This document shows, one piece after another, positions 14,288 to 30,397 of a DNA stretch of 64,000 nucleotides (its first letter is position 1; the number at the start of each line of letters is the position of its first letter). A program made the position numbers and the translations under genes. Below the pieces are notes generated by a model that made no database searches, was not told the DNA's origin, and saw only the letters and a program-made list of their open reading frames with translations. This DNA comes from Balanoglossus misakiensis (lineage: Eukaryota; Animalia; Hemichordata): contig CM082577.2 of the NCBI GenBank assembly GCA_040954595.2, positions 5,010,301 through 5,074,300 of the forward strand, read 5' to 3'.

Positions 14288-15882
14288 ACCCATAACTTCA
14301 ATCAGAGAGAGAAACTGGTCTAGTTGTAAGTCTCAGTTCTCAAACGGAAGTGTCAGTGGCATATATAATAAAGGCACGGAGCCGCTTATTCAGATTCCCC
14401 AGCCTGTTCACCCACGCACCAATATCGCGTCATAAACGTATAAATCTGCCGAGGGCAAAAGTTTCGTTCTTTGTCGGGGCTCAGAAAAGAAAAAAAAAAA
14501 CTCATAAAAATGACATCAGACCGGAGCTGCAGCACCACCTCAGGTCGCGACCTGGGCTCATTCTAATAAATAAGAGAAAAGTGCATATGCCAATACGTGT
14601 CCATTCAAGCGGGAACAGATCGTCCTTTCACTTGGACCAGAATAATGGAGTGCAAATTCCTGAACGATGCGCGCCCGATCATCTCTCTCGTAATTTAATA
14701 CCTGTGTGAAATAATATCACAATAGAGGTGAGCCCATAAGCATGTGACGGGTTAAGATGAGAATATTATATCAATTTGGAAGGGGCCATTGTACGTGAGG
14801 CACTTTAAATTGTGCTGTCGGTAATGGCCCATTTTATTATAAATGAAAATCACAATTAATAACTTTCAGAGTAATTATAAAAGGGAGTGGCCGGGAATGA
14901 TCAGTTCTTGAATGGATCTGAGCGTGTGCCAGAACAGAAATGAATCATGGGAGAAAACGAAGGGACAGTGTTGTCAAGCATTAATATAAAAGGCTTTCTT
15001 TTGAAGACATTGGTGATGCTGGCTCTGTTGTCAGAGATGAATTGTTCATACAATCATAGAGGGCGCCCTTCTCAGTACTTGACTTTCCTCAAGCTTATAC
15101 ATTAGATTTCAGATAGCAAAAACTGCTGTACTCCCCACTGTTCTGTCACAAATCCATCCAATAAAAGAAACATCCTATTTGTATGATGCCACTTCCAGGA
15201 TGCATTGCCTTTGGCAATACTGCCATCCTTGACTCATGTGTCAAGTAACCATGGCGACTATCTGTCAGATGAGGACGGCTAGTGTGTCTTTGTTAGTTTG
15301 CTCGTTGCACAGCCCTTTGCAGGAAGAGTATGTTAGTTGGGGGAAATCATTTTCATGTCAAATAAATGCATGCAATGTTACAGTGTAATTACAATGTCTT
15401 GAAACACAAATAGTTGACATTTTGTTGTTGTCTATAAGACTAATAGCAACAACTGTTTTTTCAGCAGATAGAGTTTCTTATAAAAGTGGGAAAGGAAGGA
15501 ATGTAGACTACAGCTAGCATGCATCACTCTGAAAGATTTGCCAAATACTCCCTTGATACATGGCAGTCTTAACATGGAAAACATGCATATTATTTAAAAT
15601 TAAGTTAATATCAGCAAAAGCTGAAGTCGTGTGCCACATATTTATCTAGCCATAGTCAGTCAATCTACATGCATATACATTTGTAAGCTCTGCTGACAGA
15701 CTGTCATTTGAAAGACTGGAATCTAACTCATCCAAATAACTTCTTACATGGTTGAATGGAGCTAAATATATTGATATGTGGTTTAGATCTTTTCCCAAAC
15801 ACATCTGATAGTCATATTGCTTTTAAAGGGGCAACAGCTGTAACCTTTAGGTATTTCCTGGACATTTATTCTTGTGAATAGT

Positions 15883-16103
15883 CTTAACTTTTCACCACTC
15901 AACTCCCTGTGTTCTTAACATGTCACCTTTCCCATGTCTTCCCAACTTTTCACCGCTGCCTATGTTATTGACATTTCACCACTTGATTCCCTATGTTCTT
16001 AATATTTCACAACTCAACTCCCTATGTTCTTAACATTTCACAATTAAACCCCCTATGTTTGTAATATTTCACAACTCAACTCCCTATGTTACCAGATTTT
16101 CAC
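15883..16103. repeat. Minisatellite, about 31-bp unit TTTCACAACTCAACTCCCTATGTTCTTAACA (about 7 degenerate copies)
   Basis: Head-to-tail units, best preserved at 15970-16090. Confidence 0.85.
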
Positions 16104-19100
16104 TTTTTCACAAGAGCCAAAGTAATATTTCAAAAGTAATATTGATGACCTGCATGCCTTCTTTTTCTGGATCATTCATTAAATATGCCAATTCCCTAAT
16201 TATATGTTTGTCGGAACTGATTATTTGAACTTATTGGTTGTGACCGTTTTGTTTGCCTGTAACTGAATATTTTTGATAAGAAGTTGAATAGTGAATGTTA
16301 GTGCTATCAGTATTCCACTGTATATCTGTCGGACATTAATAAGTGAACCAGAAATTCATTTAAGAAACCATGTGGAAATTTTATTCAGAATGAAAAGGAT
16401 ATCCAGTGATTCTTACCTTAAGATTATTTTTTTTCAAAGTACAATGTATATTGTTATTTTCAGAAAAATTAATTTCATTTCTGTCAATAAATAATGCTGG
16501 CATATTTGAATGGGGAGGTGTTTTTCTCTTAGTTTCTAAGGAATGAAAAAATGTATTGATTTGATACTACGACCCATTTTTACCTCTGCTTTTCCTCCGA
16601 GAATTATCAAAGATTAAAAGCCAGGGAGTGACAGGGCTGACTGATGCACCCAGAGATCCCCTCGAGCAGAATCGTGAGACAAGATGACAATAATTAATAT
16701 CTCGGCCAGAGTCAACTCCATTAACAAGTGTTCCAAGTTCTCTTTCCATTTGCAATTTTTAATGAATCTTTTGTCAGCTACCACACAGTTTAATATAAAG
16801 CAAAGATGTTGTTTCTGTCATGTGGGAAAGATGTAAACTTGCGTTAAAAAATCTGCCCAACAGATTAATCCTTAGCTGAATCTTGAAGATGTTGTTAGTT
16901 TTCTTAAGTCTCTGCTGCATGATGTTGTGGAATACGGCAGTAATTGGGTTGCATCCATTATACTGTCTGCTTGTACATCTTCCCAGATTACACTATGCAA
17001 TTAAATCGGTTTTATACTAAACCCTGTCTAACCTTGAAACCCGTACAATGTATGTCCTGTTGTCTTCGGAAGCCATTTTGAAAGACCTTGTACAAACCAT
17101 CCACTCAACCAAACCATAGTTTTATTAGCTATACATACATATACACTGAGAAGCGATAAGACTATCCCCTCATTAGAGGTTCCTCTTTACCACTGGAAAA
17201 ATGGAATTGGCCCAACCCATGGTCTAATCATACATGTGCAGGTCATACTCATAGGTGAAACCCAGTCTGTCTGGGGTATATTGCCATGTGCCAGTTCACA
17301 ATATCATTATACAGCAGCAGACAATGTCAATCTCAGTGATGATTTGCTTCCAGGTTAGGGAATCACCCTCATCCCGTGACATTATCAAAAAAATGATTGA
17401 AGACTGTGATGGAGCTGGTTATCAACTTGTTCATTTCAATGAGTGTGCAAAAAACATACATCAGATATCATGGATATTTAGGTTTATTATTAAGACATAA
17501 TAATTTGTTGTAACACATCACCTGACACGGCCCTCAAAAATTATGCTGAGTGTGCATTGCCTACCACAGGTTAGGCAAAAGTATATGTAACAAAAAGAAA
17601 CTATCTTTTATTTTTAAACATTCTGACATTATTTGATATTAAAAAGCACGATTAAATGCTCTCAAAATCTGGGCTCTGTTGTGAAGCGTGACTTCATGGA
17701 GTAGTTTTACTCCCAATTATAATTTTAGCGCTCTCGGCCATTATTTGCGTTTAGTCAAGCAGGCAGACCATTTTTTATGCTCTCTTAAAAAGAAAGAAGT
17801 CATGCGACTCAAGTTCATATTTTATGCATGTTATTAAGCCTTGAGTACATGGAGAGTACCTTCATAAAAGCTAACCGTACCAGAGTTTAAATGTTTGTGG
17901 ATATTGTGGAGGTGATGGTTTTTTTCCAGCTGATGAACTGGAATTACTCTCGTGAATTGCGTGACTTTGTGGTAAGGTCCTCAATTAGATTTGTCGTCGT
18001 CCTGAAGATATCATTAAACAGTTTGGAAACGTTTCAGGAGCATTCTTTAATTAATTTCCAACATGTGTAAATTACTGTTATGTGGAGTTCATTCATGCAA
18101 GTTAGACCTCGTAAAATCACAGTCACATGCCCACCCTTTCGCAGAAGCCACACAACTGTGAAATATCAAAAGAGCATCCCTTATGTGCATGCTTGCTTCT
18201 TTGATCCGCAACTTTAAACCTGCCCCCCAAATCAAACTGCACCCCTCTCAACCAAATCTCAATAATTCACTCTTTTTCCCCCGGATCACTTGATCCTGAA
18301 ATTCTCAGGAGAAAGACTGCCAATGATTGCATAGGGATGAAGTTATCAAATTGGGTCTAACAAATAGGCACCAATAGTCCCGTGTCACCATTTCAACATA
18401 TATCATGTAGTACTTCAAAGCAGACATATAACATACAGCAGCAGGCTCATTCAGTAACATCTGAGAAGACAGTCAGCTTCAATATATCTTCGACTTCCCT
18501 TGTGAATTCACCAGTTATGAGCTGAGATCGAGTTAACCAGTAAAACAACCAAAACCAATTCTAGTACAAATTGTACAGCTTAGAGATATAGAGTAAATTA
18601 CTAGGTTTCATTTTAATAATATAAAATAAATAGTGTTGAAATTATGAATGCGGTAGGTCATTATAAATTCATCGTCTTTGTTTTGACACTTTTTGAAACA
18701 TGGCAGTATTTGCTGATTTAAAAAAAACTAAATTAACGTCTAGAGGAGAATTTGCATGGTGCCATCATCGTGTCAAAACAAGGTTGTTTATCATGTACCG
18801 GTACATGCAAGTTCATCTGTCAGGCTCATTTCCAGTTCATTGCGCTGACTGCTTTTTACAAATTACTGCTGCCTGGCAAAAGCCATTGGTTGTACAATTA
18901 GCCAGGATCTCTGTATTGACTTGACAGGGATACGACCACTTCATTGCCTCCATGCGAATTCTGTTCATCTTTCCTCTTGGGTCTCAGTCGAGTTTTGCTT
19001 TCCTCGAGGTCCCCATGGATTTTCTCCCATACTGGCATTAATACTCACTGGGAATATTGTGCAGCTGTACGTAAAGTACACAGACAGTTACGGCTGACCC

Positions 19101-22100
19101 ACGCCAAACAGAATAAAAATCTATATTTGGTAACAAATTTGAATTTTCGTTTTAACCACCGACCGGCAACACAACACAAGTTTTTACGTGCAATCGAGAT
19201 ACTAAAGCTGCTCATAACACTATCTCCTTTCTATGTGACCCTTAATGAGTTCACAAAGGTCATGTACAGCTGACAACTCATCAGAGCCATCAGTTGTGCT
19301 ACAGTTAGATCATCTGAATAAAATATTCAAATCAGACAAGCAAGCGAGCAGGCAAATAAACCAACACAATAACCAAATAATATTTGTTGTATACATATGC
19401 ATGTATGTACATTTACTGTATACACTCTATCTATCAACTAGTTTTTTTAGAGAAAAAAACTGAAATTTGCTGAAAATGCTTATACTGTTAGCAGTATCAT
19501 ACCATTAACTTATTAGCAATAGTAGAAACCACAGATGAGATAGAACTGTAATCAAATTAACATAGTTGTTTTTAATACTGAGATTTTCTCCACCAGATTT
19601 TAAAAATACAAATTATGTTATTCATCTGTAATGCTAAAAGTTCCCTGGTGAAGTAGGTTTTGTGTTGGATGTTGTTTGGAACGAGACCAAGTGGAATCAA
19701 TTGATACAAAGAATACGTCACTCAAACTTGAATGTACAAACCACTTCTGATCACTATGTCCTTGTTACCGTAAGTTTTACACTACAGTGTTCCGCACGGC
19801 CATTTCTAGAAAAGGGGCACTTCATGCAGCTATTAACCCTGAAAAAAATTGCCACAGATATCTCACAAGAGCGAAGTCAATTGGGTCGCGTGGCCTGAGG
19901 TACAGAAAGATCTCTACGTGGCAAGGATAATGACGTAGCCGTCAGTGATAATGTTTTGCGTGTCAGTATGTTTCTTCTCAATGGGTCTTCATCACCAATG
20001 GCCTTGAAATGCACAGCTGCAGCATGTACTTGAGTGGAGAGACTGGTGTTTGCAGTGGAATGTCAGAGTGTGCTTTTTACTCTGAGAACCAATATGGACT
20101 TGGGAATTTGAAAGAGTCCCGACGTGATCAAGAGTCCTGTAAAAGTAAAAGAATTAATGCATATGAATAGAATATTTGAGCAGTGGCACAGTATAGTTTT
20201 TATCTATTTGCTCTGATGTTCTTATCAAAATTTTTCGTTATTCACTCAAATTGTGAATAGGTTGAAAGAATTTAATGTGTACATACAACTGTGTACATTT
20301 CATGTTCTCTGCGGTTACTTTTAGTCTTCCTATCAAAAGAAAACTTTCCTTTGCCAACTCATCTATCGGACTGTCTCCAAAGATCTGAAGAAGCGGCCAT
20401 AATTTTATATGAAATGACCCGTGTGTTACCTCAAAAATCCTGGCTTCTTAAATTGTCTGACAGTTTGATAAGAAAAACAGCACACGGTTCAAGCAAACAA
20501 TATTTTTTGCGTATTTTTTTAGTGTCCTATTATTTGAGGAAAGGTGAATTTTGACAGACAACAAGCAAACAAAATGCCAGGATGTAAGGCCATAACATAC
20601 TGGTACGACAATTTGTATGCATTTACCCGGCTCAGACGAATGATGAATTGTGCCAGTAATATCAATAGAGCTATGTCTGTAGATCATTATCGTCAGCGCA
20701 GTTGGTGTTTTCTGTTTACATGACCGAGCCAAACTACAGAACACTGTACAGAAAATGAGACCATCAATAATGCTGTAGCTACAATGATGGATATCTCCAA
20801 TAACCATGGCAACGGAAACCCTGTTAGACTCATTCCTGTATTCTGGATCGGCGAATGATCTTCAGCACGGAAGGAGTTTAGCGTTATCAGCGTAAATCTA
20901 GACAGTTATCTGCGTTTTTATCAAAGTCCTACATTACCGGTCAACTTAATTCCCGTACAAATGTATAAGTGGGTATCTTTTCAGGCAAAGGGTGGATGAA
21001 TTCACTGAAGCATTGTTCGGTTCGGTTCACATAATTTTGGCTCATCCTGGGAACTTCCTTTGAAGCCTCGACTTCAGCAATTTTTGTGGAAATTCAAAAA
21101 TTATCGCTTAAGATTTTCTGAAATGGGGACACGTCTCTGTCGGGTATTTTCAGGCCCGTTACCATAGCAGCAGAGGTGACACATCTGTATATCATATAAT
21201 TTTAATTCCGTGTCAATTATTGACCGAAAAATGCCGTGTGTATCCTAAAGTAATTCGAGGGAACTCCAAGGAACCTTAATTTATGGTCTAATGGCCTGCG
21301 TTGTTTGATCCCAGTCTTGTCAAATGTTGCAATAAGGGCACGTAACTGTGCTAGGTGATGCAATCTTGCACGTAGGCATTCGTGCGCCGCAGTGATAATG
21401 GCACTTGGTTAATTGGCAGGTAAATAAACCAGTGCCGTCTTTGCAGACACATGATCCCATTACGGCGTGACTCGCTTAACTTGCTCGGTTATTCTGCCGT
21501 AGGAAGTCTTCATGGAGCCTTATTGCACAGCGACTAGAAAACAGCTTGTCGCTTGGCGAGGATTTAAATATTTAGCCGGTAATAATGTGGATTACAAGTG
21601 TTTGGTTTCTTTGACTGCTTCGAAACTTGGAGAAACACTAAATCTTGGGATTTGCCAACTTATAAAGGAGATATGTTGTGTACAGTGGTCTCTAATTTAC
21701 ATATGCCCGTATATGGTTAAAGGGGCATATCTGAGTCTTCTAATGATCATGTACCGGTAGTAGAACACTTAATGCATGACCTCCAAAGTGAAAGCCAGAT
21801 GGAACCACATCTAGAAATAGATGTCAGAAGTTAAATACAATCACACACTCATTCTTGTATACTTCTGCTAATAATGCCAACCAAAGTTAATTTATTTTAT
21901 TTTCCAATATCTGCGATTTACACATCAAATAGTATTAAAAACAATCGATAATAACCCAGAGCCGAAAAGCTAGTTTTTTTCTGAACAGGATATTGGATTC
22001 ACAATGGCCATACATTAAAAGTCAACCTTTCAAATTAATCCTCTTGTAGGATAATGCTGTCTGACAAATTTTCGAATTAATGCAGATATTCACTATTTTG

Positions 22101-25100
22101 AGACAATTTTCTTGTGTCTGTGACTGCCATACGCGCAACTGAAAATTTGGTTAATTTCAATAAAATGTGTGTATTTTAGAATGCCATGTGAACCAAGATT
22201 TTTTGCAATGTACTACTACTATACTTTTGAGCGAAGAGTTTAGTTGGTCTGATTGACTCCAACTAACTTAATTTAACCATCTCAAGTGGCCTCAAATTCA
22301 AAGGAATTTCCTGCACAGCGTAGGGTTACATTTGATGCAGGTCTGTATTAAATGAAATTGAAGTCTCGTGGGTGGATGATCAAATGGAGAGCTCTATCAA
22401 AGACGGTGTGTGGCCGCCCAAGTGCTTGTACTTTGCGGTCTCTCAGTTTTGGAGTAATTCAGAGGTAAAAAACTGTGAGGTTGTCTTAGAATGCAAATAT
22501 TAAAGCAGTATTGGAAGATGTTCAAGAAGGTAGCTTGTGGTCGGCTTTACGCGGTTGTGTTGAATGATAATGAGGATCTGTTGAGTGATTGCCTCGCTAA
22601 AGTCATCTTGCAGGTTAATGCTTGTGTTTGGTCTGCATTCAGGAATTTCAACATATTTCACCGCATTGTAAGCAGACCGTAGTGCTGAATGTAATGGTGA
22701 TTTAATAAAAGACATGAACATCGTCATTAAAATTTCATGCAGGGCATTTGAAACATTAGCAAAAAATATAAAAAAATGTCTTCTGTTGCATCCATCAGAG
22801 GGGTGAGCCAATTTGATATTCACAAGAGGTAGCATGCATGAATTACAGTGAGTTTAGACATCTCTAAAAAAAACGTTCAGAGGACAGTGCTTGAGGCGCG
22901 ACCAATTGCAAGTCCTATATTTTGCGATTTCTTGTCTACAAATTAGCCCAGACAGTACATTACATCCTCCTTTTGAGTCGTGCGTGTCTCGGGAGTTTCC
23001 AGCCCCAGAAACGACTGCATCTGATATTCTGATGCCGCATACGGTATTAGCTAAGCACTAAGCCCAGTTTGCCCATACATCATTCACCTGTTAATTCTAA
23101 AGATAACCCACAATTGGAAATTGCCATCTGCTTTCTTGTTAGGGATCTCTTTTTACCCCAGGGCTAGGTTTTAAATGCATATCAAATGAGAAAACAGAAA
23201 AGCTACTTTTCACCTTGTGCTCTGATGATGGATGCAACAGAAGTATAAAAAAAACACAATGCATCACTTTTTGTTCTTCTTTTTTGTTGTTAATTGTCCA
23301 CATGCAAATAATACGTTAAAAGCACGAGGATCATTTATTACTAGTATCGGCTAAATTCCTATAAATTGTACAGGATGGATGACATAGGCCTTGGAGACTC
23401 CTGAGTCCATGAAGATAATCACGTCTCAGTAGTGTAGCCTCAGATGTTATTGTGCCATCAGTAATTGATGATCTGCCCCAACCTCTGTTGCATGCAGTAC
23501 GGTACATCCAGAAATTTATACTAATGGGGAATGCATACATCCATGCAGTCATCAGTCATCATTTTAGCTTAGCTGAGTACATCTGTGAATAACTTTTTAT
23601 GTTGACTATAGTTTTAAAGTGTTTTAATAACCACTGATTTTGTTAGGTGTTGCGCATGTTATTAGTTAACAGTGAAAAAAAATAAACGTTGTCAACCTTG
23701 AACTGGCACAGGGATATTGTCATGTGTGAAATCCAGGGCTTCATTCAATAAATGCAAGGACAGCATGGCATGATTCTGATATCCCAATGATGGTTTTTAT
23801 TTATAGTACGTGCATGTATTTAATCACAACATTTATTTGGGTTCCGTCGTTTAGTGACTTCTATACGTGTCACAATAAAAGGATTGTGAGCTGGTAATTT
23901 CTGCCAGGGTTTGCCCACATGCATGTATTTCAAATAAGACCTCAGTATGTACATGTAACTTGTAGGGATAATAGCTACCGTATATGGCACAGGAGTTTCT
24001 ACCGGTACAAGCATTTTCTGACGATTCCCAATCTTGTCTAATATACTGAATTTGATTGTGTGTTTTGCAGCAGGTGTGAGGACACTGTACCATTAATAAT
24101 TTATGTGACAAGTAATTTTTCATGAACAAGTTTCATCTTTTTCATCCGTTTTAATATCCTCCACTAGAACGTAATTTCAGCAGACAACATTTTTTTTAGC
24201 TTCATTTCTCAAGGAAAATACCCATTTCCTGGCCGTGAAAAGGAAATAAAGTGGAAGAAACAACTAACACTGGGCTATATTAATAATTTGTACTCTTTAA
24301 TGAATCTATTCATAGGACCGCCGTGCATATGCAATATGAAATCCACTGACAATTACCATATGTCCTGCAGTTAGCTCAATGAAAGTGTGGGCAGAGACAG
24401 GAAATTAATGAATTTCCGGAAGATACATTCGGTGGAGGTGTTTCTTCGCAATCAAAACCCCTGCAGACTAATCACCGCAGGGCTTGCACTGAAGGTCTCA
24501 ATCCCAACCACACATCACTTCAGTTTGTTCTCTCTGTGATTAATATTACTCTTTCGTCCCTGCTTGTACAGACATATTGGAAGTTTGACTCGCTCTGAAT
24601 TGTGCATTCGGTTGAGCCTTTCGCTGAGTTTTGCACAATGAGTCGAGTTAAGTGGCAGATTCATCCTTGTAACTCGGCATGCACTAGCAGACTAAAGGCA
24701 TTCATAGAAGGTGAATCGAAGTCATTGACCGTTATTGTCGCATGTTGAATGGAGTTTATTTCTCTGAAATTGCATGCACACGGCAATGATGGACAAATGT
24801 ATACCACTTGTGTGAATTGCAATGATGAATACGAATGTTCTACGTCCATTATTGCTCATGCTGTCCAGATGGTGAAAGATGAACAAGTAATGGTCATCCT
24901 GCCCGGATGGTATTTACTCAGTGAAAATGAGTTCTAACATTAAATGCAGCAAATTCAAAACTTTGCTGACTGCCATGGGATTGTCCAGTATCAATTTTAT
25001 TTAGCAATGAGCTAGTAGCTGTCCTTTATAGGCTGTCCTGTCCAGACAGTGACTGCACCAAGAAGCGAATTGTCAGGGAGTTATTAACATACAGTGGTAA

Positions 25101-25154
25101 AGTTTTGCTTTAATGAATCCTGTATCAGAGTCATGGCCAAAGAATCTGCCACAT

Positions 25155-25186
25155 CAGATAGTCCTTGGTTCAGATAGTCCTTGGTT
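25155..25186. repeat. Perfect 16-bp tandem duplication CAGATAGTCCTTGGTT x2
   Basis: Seen directly. Confidence 0.9.
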
Positions 25187-28100
25187 CTTCTTTTATCAGT
25201 GTTGATCCCTTCTCCTTGACAACAGTGACAACGAGATCTCCAAACTGTATTGGTGATTTATGAACTACAAGTCTGTAAAGAGTTTCCATTTTGATAACAA
25301 GTGCACTCTTATGCCCATATAAGGACCAAGAAAATGACCATGTGTTAATACTCATGTGAAATTTCTATGGAGAAAGATTACTGTAACATTGATTTTAGTA
25401 TTCTTAAAACACCAACTGGTTACTTGCAATGCTGTTCATACATCCAACATATCTCCTTGATTGAGAGCCATTTAACACGTTTCACATATAAATAGCCTAC
25501 TTATAGGTCTTCCTTAGACTGTTTAGGGTTCTTGACAGAGCTTACTCAGCAAAAGCATATGGCACTGCAATACAAGAAAAGTCTCTGTTTCTTGGCACAA
25601 CATATACCAGTATAATAAAGTGGGCGTTGAAGTTATCAACTCTCTTTTCTCCCTTGCAGTATTTCCATTTTATCATAAAAACAGTTCTTAGGTGCACCAT
25701 TCCAAATTCTGTATTGCCTCTCTTTGTACAAAATTTGACTTCATGTCCTGACTAGAAATCATTTACACACATGGAACTGTACGTGGGTGTGTTTGTTTGT
25801 TTTGGCCCCACAGCTGCCGAACTACCAATTGTGGTACTGTTTGGACTACAATTGAACCCTTCATAATAGATGAACTTCGCTAACTCCAACCTTTGCATTT
25901 AATAAGCCAGCAATGACACATTATCCAGCTGACAATGACAGATGTCTCAGGCATGATGTGCTCAATGGATTATTTTTAGGAACGTGCATGTGATATCATA
26001 TACCAGTATGAAAGAAATTGCCTTAGTGTTACTGCTATTTTATTGCTTATTATACAGTCAAAAATACACAGCAATTCAAATTCCAAATTGCAAAATAATG
26101 AATAAAGCAATTATTAATATCATAATCAAAAACAGGTGTCAAATGTGAGTGTGCTTCATATCCAGGGATATTATTTTGCACCATATTATGATCAGTTTCA
26201 GCATTTTTTGTTGTTATTGCTGTATTGAAAAGATTAAAGTGTTAAATAATATATTTCTGAAAATATAAGAACTAGTACAAATTCGCATTTGTGTGTCCTT
26301 GAAAAGCGCAAGCAAGATGGATGGATGCTCGCCTCACACGCATATGCCAGTTTAAAAGAAACTCTTTTAATGCATCTCAAAAGATTAAGTTGTAATAGCC
26401 TGTGTAATTGCATTCTCCTCCCATGTTATCAAGCAAGGCATGTATACATGTATCTACCTAATACCATCAGATTATCCACATCAGGGGGGGACTTGACTGT
26501 AAGTTGTAGGATCGGAATTGTGACTGTTAAGTCGGCTTATGCGATTCACCCCGGGCACTGGATCTCTTATCAACTCAATATGACAGCAAATCATCTCCAA
26601 TAATCATTATTATTTTATGTCAACCAGAACCAGAAACCAAGAACCAAATAGAAAAATGTCAATTAAATTTTCACATTGTCCACCGTTTGCAGACAAGGAT
26701 GATGATGTTATGGAAGCTTAAATGTCTGTAGGCAACACAACATGCTTATCATGCATTGCATTCAGGCAGTCGCACACACAGTGGTTATCGTCGGAGGAAA
26801 ATGTGGTAGTGGTTGCAGAACATGTAGAAAGAAGATTGTGAAGCAATTTAACTTTTATCTCTGCATGACTGAATGCAACCAGTCTGAGAGACAATGACAT
26901 ATTCCTGATATCTTTCTTCTCCCAAAGCATTGAGTAAACTTTGGCAACATGCATAATGGTTTTAACCCGTATACATGTACTCCTGTTTCCCTGTATAGAG
27001 ATGCAAATTTATCATAGAAAACAATGGATTCACACCAAACCATTGTGTGTCATTGGGTTGTGAAGTGCCACTTTATATTGAATGTCTCAGAATAACATTT
27101 CAGGCCAAACTGCAACAGCTGCCGAAGTTGAGAACTTTGAATGATTGTCTGGTCACCTGTTATTAAATGACCATAAGGTTTGTAACAAAAGCGAGGTGGC
27201 ACGCAATCACAAGAGGCTTTATGCATGATGTTCAAAATGTCAGATGGCCTTTAATATTTGGATGCTGTCCCCATCTTGTCTCAAAGAAACCCACTTCTCA
27301 TGTCGAATTTAACATTTAAACCCTATGATAAGAAACAATGGTAGATTTGGAGATATTTTAGTCATAAAATCTGAAATCATGTATTTTTGGGTGGTTTTGC
27401 ACTGATTTACAATAAAAGCTACATTGTATCAAATCCATAACAGACATCTTTCTAATCAACAGGTCTCTAGAAGCAATATTGAAAATATCTGTTGACATTT
27501 AATAATTAAGTGAATAACTGATCACTAAACCTACCCATAGAAATGGAGATCTATAATTTAAAATTCTGAACGCAATCAAAAATTGTTTCCCATGGTTTCG
27601 TTATTGCCACCATATGTCATCAATATTGGCAAATAACAAACAATTAGGAATTGACGCACAGCAATCTACCGGTACAGGACACCATGCATATTGTCCAATT
27701 AATTCACACCGCTGTAACAGTCAAATTGCAGCACAGAGGGTGTGTGTGCACATGGCTGCATCAGCCCTGGGGATCTCGACACCAATATCGTCGGATGATA
27801 TTGCATTTCTGGTCACATCTTGTGTAGTGCTGCAAATATCCAAAGTAGGGTGTGGTTGTCATAGCAACCGGAGCAAGATGGCATCAATACGGCTTCTAAA
27901 AGAATAGTATTAATTTAATTGACCAAACTATATATTGTGTCACATAATGCAAGACCTGAAAGATTGGTGAGGGTGCTGTTCTATTTTGAAATTTGCCAAC
28001 ATGCATGTTCATGTACACGAGCATGATAGTAAAATAGATTAAAATAATGCATCACACAATTAGGACATTTAAGCGACAATTGCATGAAGGTTAAAAACAA

Positions 28101-30318
28101 TCAGAACTTGTGCGTGAATGATGGATCGAATCGTGGTTGCCAATAGTGATACATGCCAAATTAGCACAATGTGCACGTCCTCAATCCATGTTTATTAAAA
28201 CCCAGTTCATAACATAATAAAGCGGCCATTTCGTTCGGCCATTTGCAACCTTCAATTTGAATTCCAATGCTAAAGAATTACCTCTTACTGTTATTAAAAT
28301 TGTGAAACACTGAGGCATTTACGACAGCAAGAATATTTTTCAGACGTGAAAATAAAGTGGATTGAACCTGACAGGTAATTCCCAGATTAAGTTTCCCTTG
28401 AGTCTCCAGTGTATGTATACATGACTGCCTTTATTGATTTTTTTCAAAATGCGAACAAAAGTACTTTTTTCTTGATGTTTTTTTTTGCTTTATGAACATA
28501 TCTCAAAACCAGACAGAAGTGCATTAAGGGCCATTGCAAATATCTTAAGTGTTCGTGAAACAAATATTAAGCTGTCCGGCTTTACTTTATGTCGTTATCA
28601 GTCATAATTGTCTGTGTGTGCAAGCACAGGAAAGCATGGATATTGACATTTAATTTTTATGGTTGACATCTTTCAGGGGCAGGAGAGAATTATTATTAGA
28701 TGCTGATTGGCCACTGCATTGTCACATGACTGTATGCAAATATTTCCAAAGTTAAGCGGGGCATATGAGCAGCAGACCGTAAGACCATGTATTTTAAATG
28801 TATTTTAAATTGTGTACTTAGTGTAAAATAAACTTTCAATAAAAAAGCTTTATGCACATTATATAACATAGCTCCCATAAGAATAAACCTGGTCCTAAAA
28901 AAATGTTAACCAAAATTTTTATTTACTTCACATTATATGACAGATCGGCTACTGAAATATTCTACCTCATATAATTAGTTTGAATTAAAGCATACTTGAA
29001 AGACCAGGAAAGCTGAATTACCACTTGATATCTGAAATCTGTCTTCCAAACAGAGAGTTTGCGTAACCTAAAGTAGGGAAACAACACCGCATTGAAATTT
29101 CTTTTAAAGCATTAACGAGTGGCATTAGCTCAGGTTTGCCTCAGTGGGCAGAACATCAAGTGCATTACAAATTAATTTGGATGGCCTAGATGAAATGCAG
29201 GCTGTGTGCCTACTCTCCGTATCTGGTCAAATTGCTTTGAGGGGGAAATGTTGGCTGCTAAAACGACACGCCTGAACAGTCTGCAGAAATCGATCCAATA
29301 TGTTAACATCAGACTCTACGTGTAATTTTGTGAATTCCCCTAATGATGGTGAGAGCTAATGGTCTCCGAAGATGTGCACGTAATCCGCAGAGCAGGAAAG
29401 GGTAATTCAGTTGGAGTATCAAATTTGCCCGGTAATAGATGTACATAAAAAAAAATGCTGACGAAGAACATCAAGTGCTAGTTATCCACGGATATGTGAT
29501 TGTCGTAAATAGAGCAACCTAATTCAGCCATTTGTGCCAGACGGTTCTTGTCAACAAGACGAGGTTCGTTGGATTTCTTGGACGTGCACCAAGTCTCAAT
29601 GAATTGTTAAACAAATTCCATCCGATGTGGTGATTTTTTTCAGAAAAATAAAACCGAAAAATAAAAGAATTTTAAATAGAATGAATGAACACGCTTTCAA
29701 AGTTCTGAAATTAATTTTGGTTGTTCCATATTCAGCTGTGATTTGTGTTCTGGCCAATTTTTATGCATAGAGTACACACAGAGCTTCATGCACTGTTTGT
29801 CTCCTTTATCATATTATTGGTTTTGTTGTGGATATTGGGTGAATTTATACAAATCACGGTGATTTGATTATATTATATATATCAATATCTTGAATATATA
29901 GTAGACACCCTTTATTTTTTTTCGGTTTATAGGTTGCTGATTGGTGGAAAGTGCAAATGTTCCTGCAGGATATATGCATTAATACTGCACTTGTTGTATG
30001 TACAAGTTTAGGTCGTTAAATCTTCCATTGACCTTAACCACTCTGTTCCATAAATATTTAATTCCTTTTGATGGTTATTCCCAGTAAATTAGCTTGTAAT
30101 GTTCAATGCCCTGTAAATGACCGTGTAAATAGCTATTACTTTCTCACTTCATAAGAAGATCTGAGTGGTTTATTCCTCGTGCCAATCGAGATTTTCGTGT
30201 TGATTGTTAAAATGTCAGGTGCTTGTCCCCAGGGTAATTTAGCGACTTGTATCTCCGATTACTCTACATGTATATAGGTCAGAATAACCCCTCACGCACT
30301 TTGCTTTTGCGTGCTATG

Positions 30319-30397
30319 TTAAGGTAGATGACTACTCGAAAGTTAGAATATTGTCATTTTCCGGATTTTTATATAATTGTTAATCAGTGAACCTTAA
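30319..30397. mobile_element. Short remnant with TTAAGGT...ACCTTAA termini
   Basis: Starts TTAAGGTAGATG...CTCGAAAG, similar to 62483 TTAAGGTGTTATGCATCTCGAAAA, and ends ACCTTAA. Confidence 0.4.

Noticed and set aside
15883-16103. 31-bp repeats as a CRISPR array
   Set aside because: The units are head-to-tail with no unique spacers, there are no cas genes, and the context is a eukaryotic intron.
20861-20880. TTCAGCAC as a REST/RE1 site
   Set aside because: The right half-site GGACAG is absent.
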